A DNA stretch of 64,000 nucleotides from NCBI GenBank assembly GCA_964016885.1, contig OZ024741.1, forward strand, positions 198,586,001-198,650,000. Direction: 5' to 3'. The notes under the pieces were generated by a model that saw nothing but the letters and a program-made list of their open reading frames with translations, ran no database searches and was not told the DNA's origin. The stretch is from Eledone cirrhosa (Eukaryota). The stretch's first letter is position 1, and each line of letters starts with the position of its first letter. Shown one piece after another: positions 25,826-38,537 of this stretch. Both the position numbers and the translations under genes were made by a program.

Positions 25826-28637
25826 CCCGTGGTGAAAGTTTTCTTGAGGGGAAAGCCACAGCGAGCCTTCGTGGACACGGGCTCTACGACGACACTGGTG
25901 ACCGTGGGGTTGGCGCAGAGGTGGAGAGGGAAGAGCAGCGTAAGGGCAGTCGACGGTAGGAAAATTGAATGCCGAGGTCGCAGCGAAGTGGAAATGGCGG
26001 TACGGGGAAAGAAAATAAGGCTTTCTGCCATCGTAGTCGACAACGTGATGGATGTGATCGGCGTAGTTATGGGCATGGACGCAATTGACCGTCTAGGAGG
26101 CGTCACAGTGAACAACGTCGGTGTGTCGTTTGGCGGCGCCGCATCGGTATGCGCGGTGAGTACGCGACAGGGGAACCAGAAGGCCCGCGAGGAGAAATAT
26201 CCCGCTTACACTGTACAGGACAAAGACTTCAAGGCCGTGTTCGATGGGCAACGATGGGTTGTTGAGTGGTACTGGAAGGGAGAACCACCAACACTGAAGA
26301 CCAAAGTGGGCTGCTATCAACACACATTGAAGGGAGACATTAGGAGCGAGTTTGAGCGAGAGGTAGAGAGATGGAGTGAGGAGGGCATACTGCTTCCCCG
26401 GAAAGAGGAGGTGAAGTGCGGAGTATTGCCGTTAATGGAGGTGGCGCAACCCACGAAGAACAAGGTGAGGCCGGTACTGGACTTTCGGGAGCTGAACGAA
26501 CACGTGACATGCCACACGGGTGGCGAGGTCACGGATGTCTGTGGGGAAACCCTTTGTGAGTGGTGACGCATGAGGGGGGGGGGGGCTTCCGCAATCGTCG
26601 ATCTAAAGTCGGCATACTTACAATTACACATAGATGAGAAGCTCTGGCAGTATCAGCTGGTCAGGTATAAGGGCCGGACATATTGCCTGACCAGGCTCGT
26701 TTTCGGGATGAGCTCTGCACCGAAGATCGTGGCGGCGGTCCTCAAGACCATTCTGGGAAAGGCAGACAAGATGAAGAGGACCACTAATTCCTACATTGAC
26801 GACATCCTAATGGACGAGTCTGTAGTGTAGGCGGCGGAGGTCACGAGCCATTTACAGGGGTATGGACTGGCTGCAAAGCCGTCAGAAACGTTGGAGGGAG
26901 GAGCCGCGCTGGGACTTAGGCTACGGCGAGACAGGACGGGCGTGTTAGTATTCCAGAGGGGAAATGAAGTTCCAGAACTGGGCCCAAGTATGAGTAGGCG
27001 GGAGCTTTTCTCGGCGTGTGGAAAGTTGGTGGGTCACTACTCGATTGCTGGGTGGCTCCGGACGGCATGTAGCTATGTCAAGAGACGAGCAGGCGGGGTG
27101 ACTTGGAGTGACAGAGTGGGAGAGAGAGGACGGTGGCCATGATGAGATCGTGGAGAGGGTGAAGGCCAACGACCCAGTGGGGGGGGGGGGGGGGCGCTGG
27201 TATGTTCCCAAATCACAGAGCGGGACCGTATGGTGCGATGCCAGCAGCATAGCGCTAGGTGTCACGTTGGAGATAGGAGGTGTTGAGGTCGAGGATGCAG
27301 TCTGGCTTAGGAAGAAGGACGACTGCAACCACATCAATGTGGCCGAACTGTACGCGGTGTTGAGAGGGGTGAACCTCGCCCTGAGGTGGGGTCTGCGCAC
27401 CATCGAGATACGCACCGACTCGGCTACTGTACTCGGATGAGTGAGATCAGTGCTCACCAGTGAGGAAAGAGTGCGAACGAGAGGAGCGGCGGAGATGCTG
27501 ATAAAGCGCCGCCTGGGAACTTTATGAGAGCTGGCCACCGAGTTCGACCTGAGGATGAGCGTAGTTTTCGTGCCCTCAGAGAAATATAGGGCGGACGTTT
27601 TAACCAGGGTGAAGAAAGCCTGGATGGACGCGCCGGAGGAGGTAGAAGAAGAGATAGCTGCCGTGTGTCGGCTGACCGAGTCGGGTCTGAAAGGGTTGCA
27701 TGACATGCACCACATGGGAGTGGATAGGACTCTGTTCCTAGTCAGGAGAATCGACTCGGACGTTAACAGACACAGTGTTCAAAGAGTGGTTAGAGGCTGC
27801 GGCCGATGTCAGTCCATTGATCCCGCCCCGGGTGTGCACGAAACGGGAAGCCTCCCGGTGGATTGCGACTGGAAGCGATTGGCGGTGGATGTAACACACT
27901 ACCGACAGGGAACATACCTCTCAATGGTCGACTGTGGACCGGGACGGATGGCGATATGGAGGGAGATGAAAACTGGAACGGCCGAGGAAATCACGCGGAC
28001 GTTGAGAGAGGTGTTCTTGGAGCGGGGCCCTGTGGACGAACTGCTGATGGACAACAGCGCAGCGTTCCACTCGGAGGCGCTGAGGGAGATGCTCGATGGA
28101 TGGAAGGTGGACCGTTTCTTCAGAGCAGCGTACAGGCCGAGCGGAAATGGAATCGTGGAGCGACACCACCGGACGATCAATGCAATGGCGGAGTGGGGCC
28201 ACATCTTACCAATGGAGGCAGTGTTCTGGTACAACATGTCTCCTCGGGTGGGACAGGTTGAGGAATCGGTGCCACACAGAGCAGTATTCAGATACGAGTG
28301 GCGGCACCCGTGCACGCCACTACAACGGCCAGTGGGGAGAGAGAATGCATTCGTGCATGTGGGCGAAGAAGTCTGGGTTAAGCCCCCAGATGCACGTTGC
28401 ACATCTCAATGGGGAAGGGGAACGGTGACGGCCGTAAATTCCCAGAACAATGTGTCCATGGACGGAGTACCACGTTACGTCCTGGATGTCCGTAGAATTA
28501 CTGTGTCAACGGACTCCGAGGAAGAGGAAACCCAAAGTGCCGCCCCAACAATGCGGAGATCGCAAAGAAGTCGCAAACCACCAACCTGGACAGCAGACTT
28601 TCATATGCAGCAGGACGAGGGGGAAATTGATACTTGA
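25772..28637 (+). pseudogene. pol: Pol (protease, RT, RNase H, integrase) with stops and frameshifts
   Basis: FVDTGS, DLKSAYLQL, YIDD, WCDAS..HINVAEL..TDS, HH..CC, DVTH/DNS/GIVERHHR. Stops at about 26564, 26828, 27438 and 27525; frameshift near 27120. Confidence 0.9.
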
Positions 28638-29399
28638 GATCAGGGGGGGGGGGGGGTATGGTGTGGTGTACGGTGGCCGGAGGCTGGGGAGTGCTCGACC
28701 GGATGAGTGCATGACCGGAAGGGTGCTCGACCGGAAGGGCCAGCAGGTCTGCCTCTCTCTAGGGTGGTCAGCGAACGTGGTGGGCGTAAGTTTTGGAGCT
28801 CCAGGTTAACGAGTTGGATTGTACGCACGTGGGAGAGGAGAAACCAGCCATTGGATTAGCGGTGCCAGCGAAAGTGGTAAGTGAAGTAGCTTTTTCTAAC
28901 CACAGTTTCCTCAGTGGGGTCACCAATTTAGAAATAAGTATTTTAAAGGAAGTTAATTGAGAAGAGATATATAGATATGTGTTGAGAATGTATGTATTTG
29001 TGTATTGTATCGCAGAAGTCACCGTTAAAGGCAGTCAAAAGCAATGTTGTGGAAAATAGCATCATACGACTTTATAATGTTTATAATATATAATTTATTT
29101 ACAAAGATGAGAAGTTGAGTTAGCTGTGAGGACATGTCATAAGAAATGAAATAAAACAAATTAAGATGCTATAAATTTAGACGCGGTCAGGTGGCTGAAG
29201 TAAGAAGCCAGGCCGCGGAGATTTATAAATAGTATAGTACCGTTTTTCTAATAAAAACTGGTCTCCAGCTTTGTTTTATTTTTCTATTCAAACAGAAACT
29301 ATTATTTTCACAAGTTCGACCAGAATGTACGCCGAGATATGTCTTTACACAATGAAATACGTTTTCGGTCACATCTCTTTGACTGTACTTCATCAGATA

Positions 29400-29810
29400 T
29401 AAACATGTAGGTCACTACAAACACAAGCGCCCAGATGGCGGCTAAATCTCTAATATGTGACACCACGTGCTACGATATGTTCTCCGCCTCCAACCTAGTT
29501 GCTTTGGCCACAAATCCGGGCACTGCTGCACGCAACGCGAAGGAGAGGAAAATAGTCAAATACCGGGGCTTGACCGATTGCTTCTTTTTCGTGTCGGTCA
29601 CCGTCGCGATTACTCATGTCCTCGGTCCCCGAACAGTCGTTTTCCTCATCAAAATTGGGGAGAGTACATCTCACCTGAGGAAGGGAACCCTAAAAGGGGG
29701 AATGGCGGATGCAGCGGGTGTCGTCGGCTATTATTCGCAGCAGTGTCTTCACCAATTTGTCTGCGAGGCGCAGCTGAGATATACCGCCGAGACTGGGATG
29801 TAGTCTGCCG
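29400..29810 (+). mobile_element. CRE-like RLE 3' fragment
   Basis: LICDTTCYDMFSASNLVALATNPGTAARNAKERKIVKY, homologous to 19160-19369. Confidence 0.8.
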
Positions 29811-30799
29811 CTCCCTCCTCCTTCCCCTTATTTCCATTTATTTTAATTTTATTTTTATAATTGAATAGCTATATACATTTAGGTCAACAGAAAAGTTATA
29901 AGCCTCATGAAGAAACTTCTTCAGTCGTGATTCACTGTTAATTAAGTCAGTGGAAGATCAGGTTGACTACAGTGTTAAGGAACAATGATTGACTCACACC
30001 CACAAATTCTTTTCTAAATTTCCTTACTGAATTCCCAAACCCAACGGAACAAATATAAACTCACTTTGTCTACCAACTTCATCTAACTTTCAGCCTTTGG
30101 ACACATTGCAGATTACGGCGACTACAACACTGCTATAACTATCTTCGTTTGGACCTTTATTAAACAGCAGATTGCAATTCTTGCAGTTTCCAGTTGCAAT
30201 CACGAAAACTGAAATCGGATGAAGACATACGAAAGCGCCTGAAACTGGTCCTCGTTTTATTATTCAAAACTGCCCATTTTTAAAGTGTTCCTTCCATCAT
30301 AATTCTATTTAAGAATTTATTGTTAGGTAATGTTCCGAACACCAGTTTACTGGTTGATTATTTTATACATTCCTCAAAGTTTTATTACTATTATTATTAT
30401 TTTCAAACTCAATTGATACATATAGGCAGTGTATTTTATTAAAGATACGAAGGGTTAAGTCACAATTCTACGCAGCTTCATTAGACACTGTAAATTTCAA
30501 ACTATATCAAGCAGAAAACATTGGAAACCCGTTTATTTCTGGGGTCACTTTGACCATATTCGGCGTTAATTCCTTGAAAACTATTCTTTAAAATGGGAAC
30601 AGGCAATCATCGAAGCTTGTTTACTGGAAACTACAGAGAGAAATGTAAAGGTTTACCAATGATCGCAAATCTCTTATCTGGAACTGCAGCTAAAATAGAG
30701 TTCAGTTTCCTTAACAATGAACATACTATTGCTGTCATAAACAAATCAATTTATTAATAAAGATGCTATTTTTGTGACGACCTCTACCGTAACTGTTAA

Positions 30800-31373
30800 A
30801 GATATCCACACCCAGTCACCCAGTAGGGTGATGATAGTACGTTCTATAAAGTGGTAGTGCTGGTGCCACGGTAAAATCACCCAGTCCACCCAGTAAGGTG
30901 ATAGTACGCTCTATAATGTGGTAGTGCTGGTGCCACGATAAAAACACTCAGTCAACCCAGTGCTGGAACCACGATGAAAAACATTCACTTCAAATCCCCA
31001 CCACCCCCGTTAGGTGGTAGTACTGGTGCTACGATAAAAAGCGCCCATTCCACTCTGTAAAGTTGTAGTGCTGGCACCACCACAAAAAGCACCCAGTTCA
31101 TCCTGTAGGGCAGTAGTACTGATGCCACGTAAAAAAAAAAAAAAAAAAAAAAAACACCCAGTTCATCCTGTAAGGTGGTAGTATTGGAGTCTCTATAAAA
31201 TGTTCCCAGTATGCGTTGTAAACTGGATAGCATTAGAAAAAGTACCTAGCCATAGAAACCATGCCAGAATGGAACGTATAGACGTGGTCACCTGACTTGT
31301 CTAGCCGCAGAACGTGACAACACATCTAACCCATGTAAGCATGGACAATAGAGATAAAACAGTGATGATGATG
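30800..31373 (+). mobile_element. RTE-tail SINE with a tandem expansion of about 45-bp units
   Basis: Repeated TAGTGCTGGTGCCACG.TAAAA.CACCCAGT units, ending CTAACCCATGTAAGCATGGAC...(TGA)n as at 4310-4575. Confidence 0.65.
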
Positions 31374-32722
31374 GTATTTATTCTAAGAAAGCTGTAATAT
31401 TTGCTACAATGACACATCAAGGAAATGAACTTGAAAAAGCTACTACTATCAGCATATATATAACTAGTTGCCAGTTTCATAGAAGAAGATGTTTGAAAGA
31501 ATCTTTCATTCCCAATATGGCAGCTATTTAATGCAACCTGACCTGGAAAGATTGAAACCGCTCGTTGGTTACCGCAACAATGCTAAACAACTACAACTAC
31601 TATGTTTTAATTACATTTCTAAATTATTGTCTCTTTTCTCGGAACTAAATCTTACTTTAGAATTACAAAAGACACCTAGGCACCATTCATCTGCTTAATA
31701 GTTAATGCTCATCGATGTTACTTGAAGTTCGACCGCATGTTGAAATTGATGTTTCTGGAACTTCGGGTGTCCTGCTGCTTTCTTCTCCAGAACTCTATCT
31801 CTCTAGAGATCTTACCCCAATTAAAAAGAAAAAAAGTTGGAAGTACCGAGATTCACTCTATCATTGAGAATAAAATGGAACAATTTTAAGAAGCGTTATT
31901 TCAATACAGGGCATAGCGTTATCGAATATTCCTATGAATATAAAGTGAAGTGATTTGAATCCCAGGGTCAACTGACTCTGGCTGACAGTACCTGAAATGG
32001 GCTACTATCCAGGATTAGTCGACTTTGAAACGATAGGTTTGTTTTCGGCGTGTGTTGAGAAGGGAGGAAGGATAGAGCGCGAGGCTAGCAACCTTACCTT
32101 TAGATTGCCACAAAAACGACGAAAGTCGCCCAATAGGGTGCAAAAAGAATTAAAGATCGCTATAACAAAAAATACGAGAAAAGTGTGAACTTCTTTCTTT
32201 CTTTCTTTTTCCTAAGCTATTTTACACTTATCAAAAAGCGATATCATTCGTGTTAGTCACCAAAGTAGAGCCCCCCCCCCCCCCCCCCCCCCCCAATGAT
32301 AAGAAAATTCATTGACAGATCTATAGTTATGACAACCGCCGTACTTACACATACACGTCAAAAATAACAGCTGCTGGTGTTCTGACTAGATTCTTTACTA
32401 CATTTTCTCTTGGAATCAAAGATGTACAGGACTTTTTGTATCATTCTGGAGCAACTGGGTCATGACACTTCGTCAGGTTTAAGAGCTTGCCGTTTTCTTT
32501 GTTACACTACTGGTCTTAATAGACTTCAATTTTCCACGTCGCGCAACATGCACCAGAATGACATAATCTTTAAAGAAACTGTGAATGCTTATGAAATCAT
32601 TCATGTTGTTTCCGGTCCAGGTGTCTTATGGTTAATTTAGGACGCTAAATTCCTTGACACCGGCACTGATTAGGCGCTATAATGAGTATCATGCTGATTC
32701 AGTATGGTGTGTAATTGATAAT

Positions 32723-32927
32723 TGTTTCTACTTTAGGCACAAGGTCGGCAATTACCCAGTACATTACTGGTACTTTATTTTATCGACCCCGTAAGGATGA
32801 AAGGCAAAGTTAACCTCGACGGGATTTGAACTCAGACCGTAAAGGGACGTAACTATGCTGGAAAGCATGGTGTCCGAGCATAGTTACGTCCCTTTACGGT
32901 CTGAGTTCAAATCCCGTCGAGGTTAAC
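32723..32927 (-). mobile_element. SINE with a fold-back inverted duplication and a 20-bp TSD
   Basis: 51-bp arms at 32809-32859 and 32877-32927. TSD TATGGTGT(G/A)TAATTGATAAT at 32703-32722 and 32928-32947. Confidence 0.85.
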
Positions 32928-33089
32928 TATGGTGTATAATTGATAATAGAAACGAACCCTTTCCTTCATGAAACTATCCCTCATATATTTATCGTCCAGT
33001 TATATTGTATGTATGTATGTTTGTATGTATGTATGTGTGTGTGTATGTATGTGTGTGTGTATGTATGTGTGTATGTATGTATGTATGTA

Positions 33090-34186
33090 CATACAAATAG
33101 TATTTTTTTTCACCTGAAAGGCCTCCAGTTGTTGTCACAACACCTTTCTAGGAGAGGTAAACTCTGAAAAAAAACAAAAAAAAAACTGCGGTTTCGGAAG
33201 CCTTTTCTCCTTTTCGGGTAGTGTTTTCGATGCTCAGAGAGTGGGATTGGTCGAGTGCAAGGTGACTCTGATATAAAACCTACGACTCGTTTGCATCCAA
33301 TGATGTAGACCAGTTCTTCTTTTTGAGCAAATACAATTCGATGTTCAGAGAGTGGGATTGGTCATATGCAAAGCCTTTCCTCACTTAAAAAAGCTTCAAG
33401 TACAGGCATGGCTTGATATGAGACATTTTTTGCGATACATGGTATTGCTGGCCATAGGCCCGTCACTAGTAGGAGTACAAAACCACGTCCGTGATGCTTA
33501 TACTCAAGTGTCCAGTGATGACATTACTCAAAAATCGAGTTGCAGCCATATGTTGTGTCAGGTCACCAGTTGGTGCTACTGGTAACATGTATCCCAGTAC
33601 AACCTGTCCCATGGTCGGGTCGTTGGCGACTAAACTGGCAACCCCACCAAGGTTTCTTGGTGAGGAGGGTGACTTTGGACATCCTGCAGGACTAAAAACA
33701 AAACCTGTCAAAGGGCAAAGGAGCTCTTAAGAGTCAATGACCATTCAAAATCACCGGGAGAGATGACCCCTTAGCCGTTGTCAAGGCAGAATTCTAGGAG
33801 AAGGAAAACTCTGATATAACACCTGCAACCCTGATGGTATCCAATGATGTTGACTTGTTCTTCTTTTTGGTAAATATCATCTTGGTTAAGAGAGTGGGAC
33901 TGGCTTTGTGCAGTGCCTTTGCTCACTATAAAAGCTTCACGGCACAGGCATTGCTTTATATCTGGAGATCTCTCTGCACTTGTCGTCACATGGTACCATG
34001 GGCCCAGCACTGTGTCAATAATTGTCACAAGTGTAGTGTTTGTACCAGAGTTTTCAAGTCGCTGGCTGGACTAAAAAGTCACACTTGTTCAGCGCATCGG
34101 TAGGGGTTCTCCTACATGGATATAAAGTAGTGGCCGTACTCGAAAACGAGTTGGCAGCCACCATGTATGTATGTATGTATGTATAT
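33090..34186 (+). mobile_element. internally deleted (bipartite) RTE-like element
   Basis: RTE 5'UTR-type motifs (GGAGAAGGAAAACTCTGA) joined to a terminal C2H2 finger CSVCTRVFKSLAGLKSH, a 3' stem-loop and an (ATGT)n tail. Confidence 0.6.
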
Positions 34187-34320
34187 GAACTAGTAACGCC
34201 TGAAAGAGTCGAAAGGCGCCGTCGTGACATACGGTGTATCTTGAGCATTTTAAACGGGGCCGTCCCCACTTCAAGTGGGAACACAACTGTTTTCTTCCAG
34301 GGGAGGAGAAAGAGAGAAAT

Positions 34321-34404
<84 letters not shown>

Positions 34405-35532
34405 GAAAGGAATATAGAGGAAGAATCAACCCCAGTACTTGAGTGGTACTTTTTTTATCGACCTTGAAAAGACGAAAGGCAAAGTTGACCTCGGTAGGAT
34501 CTATACCCAGAGATGCGCTGAGAGTCAGAATGAGTACCGCAAACCAATCTATCCATCTTTCTGACGACTCTGTCAATTCACCGCAGTTACATCATGTACA
34601 TCGTGAAAAATATTTCTCTAGTAAATTGTATGAAATTAATAGCTTTTAAAAATAGACTCGTCTATACAATTACACAAAATAATGGTGTAAATAAATATTT
34701 ACTGCATCTGTCTGACTGTCATTACGCTTGAAACGTTCTGAATTGAAGAGAATTCAAAATAGCAATGTAATCCTGTTCATCACTTAATGTTTGAATCAGG
34801 TTATATGATTTAGTGTAAAGCTGAACTTGATTTCTGTTGCTATTATTCATTATAAAAAAAAATTAAGAACAACAATGAAACAAATACTTTAATCCACAGC
34901 CCAACGAGTGTGGCTGGTTGATTCGTTAGTAAACGCTAGGAGGTTTAAAATCAAGAGCTGCTTACGTGTTAAGTAATCTCGATATTTAAAATAAGCAGAA
35001 AACACATTTGTACTCTATTTCAAAACAGTCATTTAAAGACAGAAAGCTGAAGAAATTACTTATGATTGATAATAAAAACATAAATAATACTTTTAAATTA
35101 TTTCAAATCGTAAATGTATCATTAGGATTAATTATAGATATTAACTTGTCGATAAATTAATTGATTTTTTTTAATACTACCAAACTAATTAGTCATCAAT
35201 TATAAGTGATAATCTCAACATAAATACTTTTTATACAAATTATACTGAATACCTTAGTATTTGCTTAGACACTGATGGTGTTAATACAAAGTTACAGTAC
35301 CTATTGATGCTACTACCACCAAGATGAACCATTAAGAAAAATTCTACGTGGTTTTTCGACATGCTAACTATAACAGATAAATCCCTCTTAAATCACACTC
35401 TACCATTTCTAAAAAGAAAAATATATTCGATTATGTAATATGAAATAAATTAACTGAAAAGATGCAGTAGTCATGATCATATGTCTACTCCAGGTCTGAC
35501 CTGTGGCTAAACAACAACTGTCATAAGATGTT

Positions 35533-35641
<109 letters not shown>

Positions 35642-35744
35642 TTCACATGTCAGATACACTCTCAAACACATCCATTTATATAAAGTACATACATACATAC
35701 ATACATACATACATACATACATACATACACACATACATACACAT

Positions 35745-36145
35745 ATATGATGGCTGCAACTCGAGTTCGAGTAATGCTATCGCTTGATACCAAAGCATGA
35801 GCAGTCGGACGTGGCTTTTTAGTTCTGCTAGGGTCCTGCACACTATTGCACAGACGTTGCAACAATGGGAGTCTTCCGCAGTAGTTGTTTTGGTGCAATT
35901 TCACATGACTTTTCAGTCCACCAACTGAGGCACACACTTTTCCACACTTCCCACAAACAAAAATGCCATATAATGCTCAGTTGACAGTGTCCCCGTGCAC
36001 GTGGCTTCTCCAATAACTTCAAAACCCTACTTAGACATAACCGGCCCCTTCTTTACAGGTTAAATCAACTTGTAAGCCAAGATACTTAGACAACCATACT
36101 CAAGGCCCTTACGAGCACACCGCTTGAGCTGTTCACGCTCAACAT
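35745..36145 (-). mobile_element. RTE 3' fragment with C2H2 finger remnants
   Basis: CGKCGKVCASVGGLKSHVKLH; abuts (TACA)n. Confidence 0.7.
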
Positions 36146-36369
36146 GGTTTGTTTTAAATTCTCCATTTCTTTTGCCAGCTGGGTGAACTGGAGCAACGTG
36201 ACACAAAGAACCGTGCTGAAGTTCACAACACGATGCTGGGAATCGAACTCACGATCTCACGATCTTAAGCCAGATACCCTAACTACAAAGCCTTCACATA
36301 CATACATACATACATACATACATACATACATACATACATACATACATACATACATACATACATACATAC

Positions 36370-37580
36370 ATGAGGATTGCAGCGTCTTCACAGATGATTG
36401 CCGTCTCTTATTGATTCTTCATTGTCATCCCATCCGCATCCATGACTTCGTAGACGACTTCTGCAGATCTGCATAGTTTATGACACAGGTGACAGAAAGG
36501 AGTTGTGCTTTCCACAGGATTGGTGGGGGTCATTTTGTGAGACACAATCTTTATGCACCACCGTATGTTTTGGGAGTCTGTAACTGTTTCTACACACTTT
36601 GTTGCATACTACGCACGTTGTTTCACCAGGTCTTCATTGAGTAGTGTTGCGGGTGGTTATTCTTTCATGTGACTTCAGGTGATTAACATAACCAGCCTTT
36701 GAGAGAAGCACACGTTGACAGAATTTGCATGTCCAACTACTAATGACTTCATCAAGACTGTGAACATATCCCTTCCGGAGCTGACGCTTCAGTTGTTTAT
36801 GTTCTAGACGACATTCTTCAAAAGTTTTGCAACTGCCCTTTATGCACATTCTCCACTCAGCCCTATTTAGAGCTATCTCCTCCCAGTTGTCTATATCAAA
36901 TGCCAGCTCTTTGATATTGTTCTTGATGCTGTACCTTATTTTCGGTTTGTGTTGAGGCCTTTTTCCAAGATAGAGCTCACCGCAAAATAGTGTCTTTGGA
37001 ATCCTGCTTTCTTTCATGCAGACGATATGTCCTGTCCAGCGCATTTGAGATGTTACTAGCGACTCAATGCTTTGGCATTCCGCTTTGACAAGGACATCGA
37101 TGTCAAGAGTTCTGTCTTGAATAGTGTTCAGGTTTCGGAGGAGTATAAAAGAGCAGACAGAACACATGATCTATACACACACACCTTGATATTGTTGGCA
37201 ATGTTGCGATTTGTAGAAAATCTCTTTTCCAATTTTCCGAAAGCAACAGAGGCCTTCTAGGAGCGCAGATGTATTTCGGCATCCAAGGAACCATCGTTTG
37301 ACAGTGTGCTACCCAAGTAGACACATTTATCTACTACTACCAACCTGGTTCCACTAACCATGATATTGGGTTCAGCATATGGTTGTCCGGGAATAGAGGT
37401 AAACATTACTTAGGTCTTTTTATGACTGATTGTAAGCTCAAATGCTGTACACGAGGAAGAGAAACGCTCCATAATGTGTTGCATGTCAGCTTCTGTGTGT
37501 GCTAGGAAGTCAGCGTCGTCGGCGTAAAGAAGGTCTCTGATCAATCTTGAAAAGTCTTTGTTTTGGCATTAAACCTTAAG
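36370..37580 (-). mobile_element. 5'-truncated RTE (BovB-like) LINE
   Basis: DLLYADDADF, YLGSTLS, MRWTGHIVCM..RIPK, CKFCQRVLLSKAGYVNHLKSH; (ATGT)n tail. Confidence 0.85.
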
Positions 37581-38183
37581 TATTGTAAAATGTAGAAATC
37601 ATTGTAAAACGTATTCCAATTTATAATCAACTTATACAGTCAACTTGAAATAGAGATAAAGTGTGAAGCTAAGAAACATATCCCTGTTTGTCTCTGTGTT
37701 TTCACTAATGAAGAAGAAGAAGAAGAAGAAGAAGAAGAAGAAGGAGGAGGCGGGTGGAGGAGAGGGTGCGTGAGGGGCATAAGGAGGAGGAGGGGGAGGG
37801 AGCATGAGGAGGAGGAGAAGAAGAAGAAGAAGAAGAAGAAGAAGAAGAAGAAGAAGAATGGTGTAGTGGAATGTAATAGCATGAAGGAGGAGGACATATC
37901 GTGGAAGCGAAGGTAGGTTGTGAAAATATGTTTGCATTCCTATGTGTCTAACTAGAGTGAAAAATAAGAGAAAAAGAGATAGACACAGCCATCACGAGAG
38001 TTTGGAGAAAGGTGCGCCCATTTTCATATATAGAATGATTCTACAAATTTCTAGATTGCTATTATCAGGGCAATTGAGTGCCTGCTTACCTTATTCTATA
38101 TCTTAGAGATTGAGAGAGAGAGAGAGAGAGAGTGAGAGAGAGAGATTGAATGGCTCTCTCTCCTTGCCTCTCATTCTCTCTTT

Positions 38184-38260
<77 letters not shown>

Positions 38261-38291
38261 CGTAAAATAAGAAAATTATAAAATTAACTTA

Positions 38292-38338
<47 letters not shown>

Positions 38339-38492
38339 ATACTTTGGGAGGGTCATGTTGCCAATAAGAAACACACGCACCAGTTGCTTTCACTTCAATT
38401 TATTATATATTTATAAATTTATAAATTTACAAATTTACAAACTTATAAATTTCTGGTTGGTTGGTTCCACAACCAGATAGTTGTTTATATAT

Positions 38493-38537
38493 AGTCATAG
38501 TCCTTTCGTCACACACTCTGTGACCTCTTCAGTGACT
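38493..38537 (-). ncRNA. minimal type I hammerhead ribozyme (left arm)
   Basis: Reverse complement of 39756-39800. Confidence 0.75.

Larger units (their letters stand above)
24665..28904 (+). mobile_element. Gypsy/Metaviridae LTR retrotransposon, structurally complete, pol disabled
   Basis: LTRs 24665-24918 and about 28657-28904; TSD GTTTC (24660-24664 and 28905-28909); G-rich PPT before the 3' LTR; domain order gag-PR-RT-RH-INT. Confidence 0.93.
22689..29224 (-). mobile_element. non-autonomous LTR element (tRNA-Trp PBS) hosting the Gypsy insertion
   Basis: Direct repeats of about 300 bp at 22689-23006 (TGT...ACA) and 28926-29224 (distal end lost). GGGGTCACCA at 28916-28925 is a minus-strand PBS (TGGTGACCCC). 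No intact internal ORF. Confidence 0.75.

Noticed and set aside
26575-28656. Long G runs (also C runs at about 2663 and 32272) as G-quadruplex elements
   Set aside because: Simple homopolymers of unreliable length; one is the PPT.
30215-30255. CGGATGA...GAAACTGGTC hammerhead-like string
   Set aside because: The core is mutated and there is no stem I; too degenerate to call.
30800-31260. CRISPR-like repeat-spacer array
   Set aside because: The units are degenerate tandem copies without unique spacers, there are no cas genes, and the context is a eukaryotic SINE.
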